From Dimorphilus gyrociliatus (lineage: Eukaryota; Animalia; Annelida), in the NCBI GenBank assembly GCA_904063045.1, contig CAJFCJ010000022.1:124001-188000 (forward strand): a DNA stretch of 64,000 bases, given 5' to 3'. The notes beneath the pieces were generated by a model. That model was given only the letters and a program-made list of their open reading frames with translations. It was not told the DNA's origin and did no database searches. Position numbers and translations under genes: made by a program. Each line of letters begins with the position of its first letter. Position 1 is the stretch's first letter. This document shows, piece by piece, positions 1 to 13,300 of this stretch.

Positions 1-55
1 CGTCGTTAAATAGTATATTTTTGAATTTACAATAATCTTGTTTTCTAAACAATAG

Positions 56-3000
56 CTCCTGCAAATGACTGTGGAAAAGTTGATATCTGCTTCGTTATCG
101 ATAGCAGTGCTTCAATTGGCTCCAACTGGGGTAAACAATTGGACTTTATCGCTGACTTCAGCAAAAAATTCACTATTGGCGATAAAGCCAGAATTGGTGC
201 TGTCACTTACAGTTCAACTGCTGAAATAAGCTTCCCCATCGACGGTGCTGGATCTGCTTCAACTAATGCTGAATTCGAGACAAAAGTAAAGGCCATCACC
301 CACATGAGAAAGGGTACATATACTCACGAAGGTTTGGGATTGGCACCTGATTGTGGCTGGAGAACTGCAGCTGGAATTAAGAAACTCGGTAATTAAATTT
401 AATATTTCGGCATAATTCTGCTTATATATAAATATATCTTTTCTTCTAGCCATTGTTGTCACTGATGGAAAATCAATTAAACCAACTGAAACTGCAACTA
501 TTGCCAATTCAGTTAGAAGTAACTACAATATTGAAATTCACGCTGTTGGAATAGCGTAAGTTCTATTATTTACGTCTCTATAGACGATTAAATAGTTTTT
601 TCATTAATCAGAAATGCCGATGCTGCTGAATTGGAAGCTATTGCTGGAATTGGAAAAACTAATGCCGGAAAAGTTTACACTGCCCCAGATTTTGATAGTT
701 TAGGAAACGTTGCTAATGAATTGGCTCAAGGAACTTGTGGTACTGGTGGTGGTAAGCATTTATCTCTAAATTTTGCTATAAAATGGAACTTGATATATGA
801 ATTAATTTTTTCAGGAACTCCCAACCAAGGTTGCGCAAAGGCTGATATACTCTTTGTTGTCGACTCCAGTGCTTCTGTTAGTTTAACTAACTGGGGCCTT
901 CAAGTTCAATTCATCATCGACTTGGTTAAGGATTTCACCATTGGTGATGACAAGACCAAATTCGGTATGGTAACTTTCAGTTCTGCAGCCGAAATCAGTT
1001 TCCCAGTGTCTGGAGCTAGTTCACCTCAAAGTCAACAAGATTTCGAAACCAAAATCAAAGCTGTAACTCACATGAGGAAAGGAACTAACACCGATGTTGG
1101 TTTGGATTTGGTAAACACTGCTGGAATAACTTGGAGACCAGCTGATCCATCCATCAGAAGAATGGTTATTGTCATCACCGATGGTCAATCCAAATACCCA
1201 GATAAAACTAAAATATCTGCCGATGCTTTAAGACAAGCTGGTATTGAAGTTCATGCTGTCGGTATCAAAAATTACGTAAAAGCTGAATTGGATGCCATCT
1301 CCGGTTTGGGACAAGCCAAAGCTGGATCTACCTTCACCGCACCTGATTTTACTGACTTGACATCGATTATCAGCAAAATTAAATCAGGCGTTTGCACAGT
1401 TCAAGATCCATGCTCTCCAAATCCATGTATGAACAGCGGAGCATGCAGTTCAAATGGAAACACTTTCACTTGCACATGTACAGGAGGTTATACCGGAGCT
1501 ACCTGCGCCACTCCACCAAGTAATAGCATTTTTTATAAAAGCAAACTGTTGATTACCTAAGTATACTTTATTTAATTAGATCCTTGCTCTTTCACACCTT
1601 GCAAAAATGGCGGACAATGTACATCCAGTGGCAATTCCTTCACTTGTACCTGTGTCAACTCTTATCATGGAGCAACATGCCAAAACGGTGCGTAGAAATA
1701 CACTTTAATTTTTTTTTCCAATTTTTAAATATCAAAAATTACTAGCTCCTGGATGCAATTCAAACCCATGTCAAAATGGTGGTCAATGTACTAATGGAGT
1801 CAATGGTGCTTATTCATGTGCCTGCATCAATGGATATACCGGAAATAACTGTCAAACTCCTCCAGCAAGTATGTATGAACCTTTAAAAGCATATAAAATT
1901 TAACAAAATTAATTAATCGATAAATGTTAGATCCATGTTCACCAAACCCATGTCAGAATGGAGGACAATGTGCCGCCAATGGCAACGGTCACACTTGTAC
2001 TTGTGTAAATTCATACTGGGGAACCAACTGCGGAAACGGTATAAACATAGTTTAAAATTTTTACTTTTAAAAAGTTCATCAGATTTCTTTACTAGCTCCT
2101 GGATGCAATTCAAACCCATGTCAAAATGGTGGTCAATGTACTAATGGAGTCAATGGTGCTTATTCATGTGCCTGCATCAATGGATATACCGGAAATAACT
2201 GTCAAACTCCTCCAGCAAGTAAGTATGAACCTTTAAAAGCATATAAAATTTAACAAAATTAATTAATCGATAAATGTTAGATCCATGTTCACCAAACCCA
2301 TGTCAGAATGGAGGACAATGTACCGCCAATGGCAACGGTCACACTTGTACTTGTGTAAATTCATATTGGGGAACTAACTGCGGAAACGGTATAAATATAG
2401 TTCAAAATTTTTACTTTTAAAAAGTTCAACAGATTTCTTTACTAGCTCCTGGATGCAATTCAAACCCATGTCAAAATGGTGGTCAATGTACTAATGGAGT
2501 CAATGGTGCTTATTCATGTGCATGCATCAATGGATTCACTGGAAACAACTGTCAAACTCCACCAAGTATGTTCCAGCTTTGAAAAACATAAAATTTAACA
2601 AAATTAATTGATGGCTAAATTTCAGATCCATGTGCACCAAACCCATGTCAGAATGGAGGACAATGTGCCGCCAATGGCAACAGTCACACTTGTACTTGTG
2701 TAAATTCATACTGGGGAACCAACTGCGGAAACGGTATAAACATAGTTTAAAATTTTTACTTTTAAAAAGTTCATCAGATTTCTTTACTAGCTCCTGGATG
2801 CAATTCAAACCCATGTCAAAATGGTGGTCAATGTACTAATGGAGTCAATGGTGCTTATTCATGTGCATGCATCAATGGATTCACTGGAAACAACTGTCAA
2901 ACTCCACCAAGTATGTTCCAGCTTTGAAAAACATAAAATTTAACAAAATTAATTGATGGCTAAATTTCAGATCCATGTGCACCAAACCCATGTCAGAATG

Positions 3001-3810
3001 GAGGACAATGTACCGCCAATGGTAACAGTCACACTTGTACTTGTGTAAATTCATTCTGGGGAACCAACTGCGGAAACGGTATAAACATAGTTTAAAATTT
3101 TTACTTTTAAAAAGTTCATCAGATTTCTTTACTAGCTCCTGGATGCAATTCAAACCCATGTCAAAATGGTGGTCAATGTACTAATGGAGTCAATGGTGCT
3201 TATTCATGTACCTGCACCAGTGGATTCACTGGAAATAACTGTCAAACTGCCTCTAGAAACGAACGTAAGAATTCTTTTTATCTAATGTTGATGATAAAAT
3301 AATACTTTTGCTTTTATAGAGGGCTGTGGTGTGTGTTCTGGTGCCGGATGTGTTACTGGAGCAATGGATGCTGACGCCGTATATGGTACCAATGGAGGAT
3401 CTATCAAAGATTGTCCTGCTTGTTACACTAAAAAGAATAAGGACGGTAGCTTCCAAAGAGGATGTGTTAGTGATATCCCAGCAGAATGGACAACAGCCCT
3501 TCAAGTCAGCACAAGCGATATCCCTGATGCTGGAGGATCAGTCTGCTATCCAATGAATGAGGCTGGTGGTTCCGAAGTCTGTTTGTGTAAAGGAAACAAC
3601 TGCAACATGCAGTCATTTAACGACGTTGGAGGAGGTCATAATTACTTCGAGGAGGAAATCACTTGTAAATGTGCTAGTTGTCCAAGCAATCCTTCAGCCG
3701 ACAACCCATTCAAGTGCTACAAAGATGGTTTCATTCCAAAATGCGACTGTCAAAACTGCGATTGCTTGAATGCTAAACGTAGAAAGAGATGGGCTTCTTG
3801 GCTCTGGTAA
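56..3810 (+). CDS. Multi-exon extracellular protein, 5'-truncated by the window: at least 2 VWA domains + 11 EGF repeats + three-finger (Ly6/uPAR)-like domain + 8-Cys tail
   Basis: Exon from 56 reads [20 protein letters not shown]. The second VWA reads [12 protein letters not shown]...GTNT...ITDG, so both MIDAS motifs (DxSxS, T, D) are intact. EGF exons (e.g. [34 protein letters not shown]) are separated by phase-1 GT-AG introns. The last exon (3320-3810) is Cys-rich and ends [11 protein letters not shown]. Confidence 0.9.
1746..3263 (+). repeat. Tandem repeat of a two-exon/two-intron EGF unit (~345-350 bp, about 4.4 copies)
   Basis: The unit start 'ctcctggatgcaattcaaacccatg' recurs at 1746, 2096, 2446, 2791 and 3136. 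The introns are copied almost identically along with the exons. Confidence 0.97.
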
Positions 3811-4504
3811 ACGATATATAAATAGAAACTTGGAAAGATTTATGAACATTTGATTTAAAATTGCATATTTTCTGAAGAATGTTTGAACTATAAGTTAGAA
3901 TTAATGTGATATATATATATATATATATAAATTTATATATATATGTATATCTATATAATATATATAAATTATATATAATAATTTAGTTGCCTAATTTTAG
4001 TTTCACTTGAAAATATTGAGTGTTTTCTCTTGTGTAATAAAACTTTCTGGCTTTAATGCAATACAATTAAAATTTGAATTAACTATACACCTGAGATCTT
4101 AACAGTTTTAATCGCTCTATTAATCTTACTTAAGAATAACGTTTCAAATAATGAAAGTAAAGTACTATTGAATTAAAAATAGAAGTTAAGGAAGAGAAAA
4201 ATTTGAAACTTAAGGCTGATGTAAAAAAAGAAAAAAAGATATGAAATAGAACAGGAATTCTAAAACTTTACTGTCCAAAATACAAGAAATAAGAGAAAAT
4301 TAAAATAAACCTTCCCTAAAATTTAAAAGAATGAATTTAAAATCTTTATTGATTTTGAAAATATAGGCTGGTAAAAAGAAAACTTAAATAAATATTGAAT
4401 ATTTCAAAGAGGTAGAAATTTTCGTATATAAGTCAGAACTGCTTTAGGTTTTCAGATAGAAAGACAAAGGACAACTACAAATTCTCTTGTGGACAGCATT
4501 CGCA

Positions 4505-6093
4505 ATGTTTAAATATTCCATCATTATTTTTTCAATTTTTGGACTTGTAGCTTATGGAAAGTTGATTGAAATTGATAGACCCTCTTGCACTTCTTCTAAA
4601 GATTGCAATAATAATGGAGATTGCAAAGCAGGTGTTTGCAACTGTAAATTTGATTTTTCTGGACCAAATTGTGAAAATAGTCAGTAGATATCTTTATTAT
4701 TTTTAATATTATTTCTAGTACAACTAATTGTTAGCCCTCTTTTTTTAAATATTATTGAATTGGTCATTTAATAGCTGGAGAAGCTTGTAACCCGAATCCA
4801 TGTGAAAGAGGTGTTTGCTTTAATGGAAACTGCCTTTGTGAAAGACCATACTCTGGAGAGAAATGCCAATATGGCCCATGTAATATAAAGGGTCGTGGTT
4901 CACCTTGTGAAAACCAAGGTTTTTGTCAAGAGGATGGTGAGAATTTTACTTGTTATTGCAGAACTGGAACAAGAGGTAAACGTTGCGAAGTGGTTGTCTT
5001 TGGTGAGTTAAAAAATGTTTTTAAACACATTTTTCTATTATCTTGATGAACTATTTCAAGATCCATGTACTCACAATCCTTGTGACAATGGCGGAACTTG
5101 TATATTTGATGGAAATTTTTTCACATGCATTTGTCCTGATGGTATCTCTGGTCAAATTTGTCAACTTCGTGATAAAAGTATATTTTAATCTACTTTGTCA
5201 TTTCACAGTCATAAATGTTTTTAAAATTGAACCGAATTAATAGAAATATGCGATTCAAGTCCGTGTTTGAATGGTGGTAGCTGTACTGAGAATATTGAAG
5301 GGCATATTTGCTCGTGTAGGAAAGGATTTCGAGGACGAAATTGTCAAATAAAAGCAGGTTTAGTAATCAATTCAATTTTCAAGATAAATCCTATTATTCT
5401 TCTTTAATATAAGAAAATCTATATAATTATTAGACGGCTGTGAAAGACGTCCCTGTTTTAATGGTGGGCATTGTGTTGAAGCTACGAATAAATTAGGCTA
5501 CATTTGCATGTGTTTTCAGCCTTCTCGGGGAGTAAACTGCGAAGACCTTCCTGAAAAAAATGGTTAGCATTTTAAATAATTTAAAAAATGTAATGTCTAA
5601 TTAACTCTCTACTTGCCCCTTTCCTTTGTATCGATAAAAAGGAGATTGCGCCGTCTGTCACGGTTCCCATTGTACAAGCGGAGCATTGACAGATAATGAT
5701 ATATTGAATTATGGAGGATATTTTAAAAAATGTCATATTTGCTTTACGAAGAAAGGAGTTAATAACAAATTTATACGCGGATGTCTAGAAGATGCTCCTT
5801 GTTCATGGAAAATTCCAAGGCCATACATAAATGATGTACCTTACTTAAATTCAGTTTGTTATCCAACTGAAGATGGGGATAGAGGAGAAATATGCTTCTG
5901 TAAAGGCTATCATTGTAATTTAAGTTCTTTTGAAGACAGTGGAGGAAATTTTAATTATAAAAAAGGGAAAATAACTTGTAATTGTAACCCTGAACACTGT
6001 CCTAAAAACTTCAGTAGTAAATATAAATGCTACCAGTCAAAGGTAATATTTCACACCAGATGTGATTGCGAATCATGTAGTTGTAAATATTAA
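4505..6093 (+). CDS. Secreted protein: signal peptide + 6 EGF repeats + same three-finger-like/8-Cys C-terminal module (6 exons)
   Basis: ATG 4505 gives MFKYSIIIFSIFGLVAYG (signal-like). EGF exons read CTSSKDCNNNGDC..., ACNPNPCERG..., DPCTHNPCDNGGTC..., EICDSSPCLNGGSC... and DGCERRPCFNGGHC. The last exon from ~5641, GDCAVCHGSHC...RGC...CFCKGYHCN...CDCESCSCKY*, aligns with the previous gene's C-terminus. Confidence 0.88.
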
Positions 6094-7166
6094 ACTCTTA
6101 CGAATTTGACAATTGTGAAAGATGTTTTCGTATCACAAATAAAAGACTAACCATTATAAATAATTAAGTTGTTCTATTTTTTTACCATAATTTGAATCTT
6201 TTCAATTATTGAGAAAATGTACTGAAGGAAATCTACTTGAAGAATAAAAATAACAGAATGAAGAAAACAACTTTAAATTCTTTCAACTTCAACGAAAAGA
6301 TTAGGTTTAATAGATTTGTTTTATTTAAACATGTCTTAAAGATGAAGTGAAGATTTTTTTACAGGATACAAGTATCTACACAAGTAGAAGTATATTTCAA
6401 TGAAATATTATAGGAACTATATTATTAACCATTTGTGATTCTTTTACTTTGATTAAATTAGGCTATAGCTTACTTAACAATAATCAGTAGCATAAGCCAC
6501 TTTATACATATATTATTAGTATATATAGTATATAAAGTATATTTATATCTATTTTTTGTTAGCATCTTTTAGAAATACTTTTTCTTTTTAGGTACTTTAT
6601 CTATTTTTTAAGAAAACTTGCCAAATTTATTCAACTATAAGCCAAAATCATACAGACGGCGTTAGTTAAGTTCTTTGCGTTAAGTCAAGAACAAAACCTT
6701 TAATACATTTATTGATAAGAGAACATAAAATGAAATCTATTGTATAAAAAACTATCGAAATCTAAAAATTATTTGCATGTACGTCATTTCTACGCCTCAT
6801 TTCTATTTATTTATACAACTAATATTTAATTTTTCTCTTTCTGCTTTAATGTTTCTTTTATTAATTATTATCTTTTTGTACTTATATTCATTTCTTTACT
6901 CGATTTGCATAAGATTTATTGTAGAGTATTTTCTATAAGTTTTAAAATGAAATTTAAATAATTGTTTTTATTGCGTAACTAAGCGGTGAAAGTAAATTTT
7001 ATATGCACATTTATTTCCTATATATTTCAAATAAAATTTATAGTAAGATGAATTACTATAAAGATAATTTAGTACATGTATTACTTCAATGGACATTGTT
7101 AAATCGTTTATATACGTCTTAAAAAGGAATTTATCGTATAAATTGATTTATACGAAAATAGCTTTA

Positions 7167-7331
7167 ACCGGAAACGGAATTGTGCCTTGAACAAACATGG
7201 CTACTACTAGTGGTTCTGGCGACTCGAAAAATCGTAACTTTATTAGTACACAACCATTGTAAGTTTAAATTTTATAATTAAAATTGAAATAATAAGTGTT
7301 TAGACATTCGGAAAATCTTTTTAAAATGGCG
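7167..7331 (+). promoter_or_regulatory. Housekeeping-type promoter elements of THOC2 (ETS-like CCGGAA just upstream of the ATG; YY1-like AAAATGGCG in intron 1 at 7323-7331)
   Basis: Motif matches next to the inferred start codon at 7197. Confidence 0.4.
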
Positions 7332-10300
7332 ATCTATAGGTTTTTTACAATGTAATATTAACTTTCTGTATTTGTTACCCTAACGCCGCTCACGTTTTGT
7401 AAACTGAACTTTTTTTCCCGATCTCCCATAGTATCAATGACTGTCAGAGAAAAGTTCGCGAAGGTTCAATATCAAATCCTGGAGCAGAGAAAGATGTGCG
7501 ATTATGTTTGTCGAGCTTCATCGGTAATTATTGCCAAGGAATATACCGGCTCGAAAATGCAGTTCCTGCAATCAAAGAAGTTTGCGTAAGTTTTAATCAG
7601 TTTAATTAAGCAATAAACCTTACGATTTGATATATATTCTTAGAATATGCACCAAGCTATTCCATCTCTCATGGCTGATATATTTAGCGTTTTTGGTAAG
7701 TTATTCTTAAATTGAATTCTTTTATTCTGTAATGATGAAAATATTTGTTATATTTGCTTAAAGAAATCTCAAATATTGTTAATTCTGTACTAAAATATGT
7801 AATTTCCCGATACTTAAATGAATACAAGTGAAGTAGCTAATATAAATCAGTTGCTTTTCCAATTCAAATGAATAATAGTTCATTGTTAGTGTTTTCATTG
7901 TAATCATTTGTTTTAGATTCAATGACATTGTCACAACAACAAACAAGAAATGAGGACCGACAACGTTTCATAAAATTACTGCCACAATGTTTCGTAAGTT
8001 TTAATATACAGGTTCTGTTATAATTCTAAATTTTTATTAAATAACTTACTAGGAAATTGTGCCAGAAGGCGTTTTAAAAGAAAGATTGGATGTGGAAACT
8101 CTTACTGAGTTGAAGATTCTTGAATCAAAAGAAAAATTCAATAAAAATTACATCAAGATCAAAACAAAGATGTTGTAAGTAGAAAAAAGATTAAAGAGAA
8201 TAATAATTATCCGAAATTTTCATATCAAATATAATTTTTTCTAACAGTTATAAACAATTAAAGTTTAATTTGCTAAGAGAAGAATCAGAGGGCTTCTCTA
8301 AACTAATGACAGAATTACATCAAGATTTTTCAAGTGAAACAGCGCCATCTACCCGTCAAATGTTGGAAACTATTCAGTCATTAATAGGTACGTTATGATA
8401 ATTTTTTTTTTCTCACATAATTTGAACAAGTTAAGTGGCCGTAAAACATAATAGAGAATGAGTAAATTTACACAATTTATATCAATATCCTTTTTTGTTT
8501 TTTCTTATTTTCTATTTATATATGATTTACAACTAGAAGTTGTTACTTCGTCTTATTTATCTTATCTAATTATGTTACTACTTCTTTAACTGATTGACTG
8601 GTATGTAAAGTTGTAGAAATAGCTACCCTTAAAATAGAGATTACTATCATATAATTGATAAGTGCAAACATTCAAATGCTATCTTAATGATTTTCATATG
8701 TACTATTTCTTCTTATAACAGGATGCTTCAATATCGATCCCAATAGAGTATTGGATATCATTTTGGAAATGTTCGAAAAACAGTTGGAACATGAGAAATT
8801 CTTCTGCGAATTACTAACAGAATACTCGGCAGATCATTTGGCGCTGGCAGATTTATTGGGGTTTAAGTTCAAATATTACGTTGTATGTTGATATTTTTTG
8901 ATTAAGTCCAAACAAGTTGAATTTATCATGGTTAAAAATGTATATATATATATTTTCTTTGTAAACAGACGGAAAATCAACAAACACCAACATCTCTTTA
9001 CAAACTCTCGGCTTTGTTAATTTATAACGAATTACTTCCCTGTCATGCAATTTATCAACAGGTTAGTGACTTTTTATTACGAAACTTTTCTATATGTAAA
9101 ATAAGCCAGGGGATAATCACTAGAGTCAAATACATTATTACTTGCGTTTACCCACGAATTCTTTTTGTAGTATGGCGAAAGCGATACTTGACTTTTGGCA
9201 ATTTCTTTTCAAGTCAAAATTTTTATTTTTAAAATCAAATATCAAATCCGTATAAACGCAACTTGTTGACTGGGGAGTATCAATTATGATTCATTTACTT
9301 CCTTAAGTATCAAATAATCCCTAAAAATATCAAAAGTGGGTTCCTTTTAATTTATTCATTATGTTTACAGCCAAACGTTATTATATTGATGTATGAGAGG
9401 TTTTTTTCTTTTTTTTCCTGTTAAGAATAGTTTTATCGTAAATTGTGTTTATAATTTAGGTTGCTATATCCTTTTGCATTGAGTGATATGAATTCTAAAG
9501 GACGAATTCGATGCTCTTTTATCAAATCTTTATTACCAATTCTGAAGTTTATATGCTATACTTGAAACAAAGAATTGGGTGAATAAAATATTTCCGCGAA
9601 GGTTCTCCTGAAAAGGTCAAAAAACGAAGAGAAATCCAAATCTTATTAATTTCGCAACATAAAGACATGCATGCTTAGTTTATATTCTATTCTATTCCAT
9701 TCTATTCTATTTTTTGAAATAATCATTGATCTAAAATAAGCATTCCTTTATCAAAAAATAATAATCTACCCAAGTCTTTTGTTGACGAAAATACATAGAT
9801 CTAATTGAACAAGATGGTTACTTTCAGCTATCATCAGAGACATTTTCCCTTTTTCTCATCTTTGTTCTGTTAGTTTTATAATATTCTGTAAAATTTTATT
9901 CTAAGAATATTCGACTGATTAGTTAAGTATAAAACTCTTAAGACAGAGATAGGTAAAAGATGAGACAATTTTTACGACTCTATTATACATATAAATATAC
10001 GCACAAAAGCATTGCCATCAGATAAACGTTAGCCATATGGTAAGGAAATTTTTTTCTTATACGAATAAAAGTACATTAATACGGAATATATTACAATTAT
10101 AGTGCATTTCGTGAAAGGTTAGTGCAGTCACTTAATTTATTAAGCACTGATGCGCAAACAACAACGATTAGGTTCCTTGGAGATAGTTATTGAAGACGTA
10201 TGATATTCAAATTTAACGCAAGATTGCTTAATTTATATAAAGATATTTAATGCTACTTTTTAACGGATATGAGATGTGATGATATAAGATGAAAACAGGC

Positions 10301-13300
10301 CCAATCCTCATTCCATTTATCTTGGATGGCGGTTCTAAGTTGTTTAGTATATTGTATTATTTTTGTTATTGTTAGTAGTCATAGAACAAGTAAAAAAAAG
10401 TAATCTTCTCTTAGTGAAAGCTACCATTTATTATAAAGACTAACTCATCATTAGAAGTTATTAACACTTAAAATATTAAACAAATCTGTTTTATTGCTCT
10501 ATTTCAGCAAATATCACATTTCATTATGACTGATATGTAAACAAAGACTTTGAAGTAAAAACAATACTCATAATTTATTATTTTCCCCAAGTTTGTTTAA
10601 ATAGATGCAGTTTTCTTTTTAAACGGGTGAAATTTATGTAGCTATATTTTTTAGAATTAACAAGCAGTAGATTATTTCCTTGATTTACTTTAACATTGAA
10701 TGAATCTTCTTAATTTTAGAGAATTTCCTTTTATTTCCTTAAAAACAATACATTGGATATTTTAAATATTTAACTACGAAAAATAATTAAAGAATAAGCT
10801 ATGAGAATTTACTGTAATTGAAATTTTGAAAGCGTGACTATCACGGAGATTGATCGTATTAGTCTTCCCTCCATATAGTCTTCCTTTAATTCGAACCTTT
10901 TCTTCCATGTTCTCTTTTGTTTTAATTTTAAACAATCATTAATCCAAAAGAGCATTAATAAAATATTCACGAGTAATTTTGTAATTACCATTTCAGTAAT
11001 TAAGCCTTGTATGAAAATTTAAATAAAAACAACAGGATATTTTTTAAATAGTATTTAAGCTATTTAATCCATGAAAGTTATAGTTATTAACTTTAATATG
11101 TTACAAAAATTTAATTATGATGTCTGCGAGAAAAGGTAAAACGAGCAATTTTCAGTAAAACAATAATTTCTATCTTATCCTATTATAACAATATAATGTA
11201 TACTGTATATACTGCTTCTGAACAAGTTCGCTTGTAATAGACATATTATTCAATTGTGACTTTCTGCTTTCACTTATATCTGAAACTCAGCCGATTTGTT
11301 CATCTCCATGTCGGCTGAATAGTTTATGAAAGGCTCGGCGAAAATCTGGATTAAATACGTGATAAACGACTGGATTTACAGCAGCACTTCCATAAGCTAA
11401 CCATTCGAATGTCATCAATAATTGATCGGATACAGATTTTATAGTGGCATTTATAACAAGGGTAGCAAAGAATGGTAGATAAAAGAGAACAAAGACTCCA
11501 AATAGTATTCCCAAAACTTGAACAGCACGCTTTGACCGATCCAAGTAAGTAATCCTTCGGGAGGGTGATATTCGAGCTGGGCGTTGATTCTGTGGGAGCT
11601 CGGGTTGTAACAAGCTAAGGGCGGTTATATTATCGTCATTATTGCCATCAATCATGCCTCTTATAGGCGAGAGATTGATTTGATCTATTTCCGCACAAAA
11701 GTGCTTAACAAAATATGCTCTTTTGAGTATTTAGCTAAAAAATGAAGACTGGCTTATAGTTTTGTATGAAGCATAATTTATATTAGGGAAACTTTCTATT
11801 AGTGATTCTCAGTCTCCCTAAGAATTACTATAAATAGCATTATTAGTTAGAATATGTCTCTGGCTCATTAAATAAATAATTTTTGAAGTAAGTTAACATT
11901 TAAAAATGATAAAGAATATTTCTCTTTGATACTTTTACCCATACTTGCGAATAATATTATTTAAAAAGCGTTAACGACGATCAATAAAACCCAGCCTTAA
12001 TGTAGTAGTACTATTTTCATTAGACCGGCATCGGACATCGAGTAGAGGGTGATTCTTTTGATCTGGCTTTACGAAAGTATTGGCATTAATAGATCTCTGG
12101 ACTCGACGCTGTCGTTGGAGTGCTCTGACCGTTAGAAGGTACATAATAATCATTATGAGCAAAGGAGCATAAAATGAAGATATAGATGCCGAAAGTACAA
12201 AAGAGGCGTTTTCGGGTCCGCATCCTTTATATTGTCTATCGGAGTCACCATGATCTGCGTAAACACTGCTAAAAAATAACGGAACCGCTATGCAAAAGCT
12301 TAAAATCCAAACAATAAATATTTCAAAGCCAGTTCGACAAGTTCCTGATTTTCCAACTCTTCCATATTTGAGGGGATATTGTAAAGATAGGTAACGATCA
12401 ATCGATATCATACAGAGATGTATTATTGATGACGAAGTAAATAAAACATCTAGAGCATACCATGCTATGCACATCGTCTTCGGCAATGTCCCTGTCAATA
12501 ATGAAAAAATGGTAGTAAACTGCTAATGGATTCTAATTTGCTAGAACTATGACTTAAAGACCCTTCACTAAAAGAAAAACTTAAGTAGAAAGTTAATAGA
12601 TTAAAAATCATAGTCTGCCTAAAAACAAATAAACACCGAAGTTGTCTTAGTAAATTTTAGACAGTTGATTGAAAAAGTATTTGATAGAAATTAAATCAAA
12701 TAATAAACTATACGATGGAAAAGTTTCCAATAAATAATGTAAACGTATGACTATCACTTTAATCACATCATCTAATTTTTTGTTATATCTATTCAAGTCA
12801 GTTATACATGTCAATTATATCCCACATACCACTGCCCTGCAAATAAAGGCTGTCGTCAACAGATATTTTTAATTGTGCTATTGCTATAGCAAGCTGTTCC
12901 TAAAGTGAATAGTCTAAGAAAAATAACGAGGAAAGCTTATATATTAAAGAACTAAGCAATAACCCAATCCGGTTATAGCAATTTTTTTCCTTATGGACTC
13001 AACAGCAGAAGGGCATTAAACATCTATTATTTTACAGAAAGTTTCATTAGAATCTGCTTTCTTTTGTATTCTTCAACAATTAGAAGCTCGACATATGGTG
13101 GTAATTCATAAGTAGAAATTTCATTCTTCAGGACATATTAGGAAAAGATAATATCAAACAAAAGCCCATCTATATAAAGGGAATACTTTATAATAAAGAC
13201 AAGTTTATTCTTCATAGAACCCGACAAATGTTCTTGTAAAATCTAGTGCATGAAACAGGCTTTTGAGCAGTAGAATCAGTAACAAGCCAAACGTAAAAAA

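Noticed and set aside
1913-3159. Repeated ORFs MGLNCIQE... (minus strand) and M(F/C)TKPMSEW... (plus strand)
   Set aside because: They are shadow frames of the duplicated EGF exon/intron units. The Cys-patterned spliced frame explains the sequence.
7733-7850. Box C-like ATGATGA in a THOC2 intron (possible C/D snoRNA)
   Set aside because: There is no box D (CTGA) at a suitable distance and no terminal stem.
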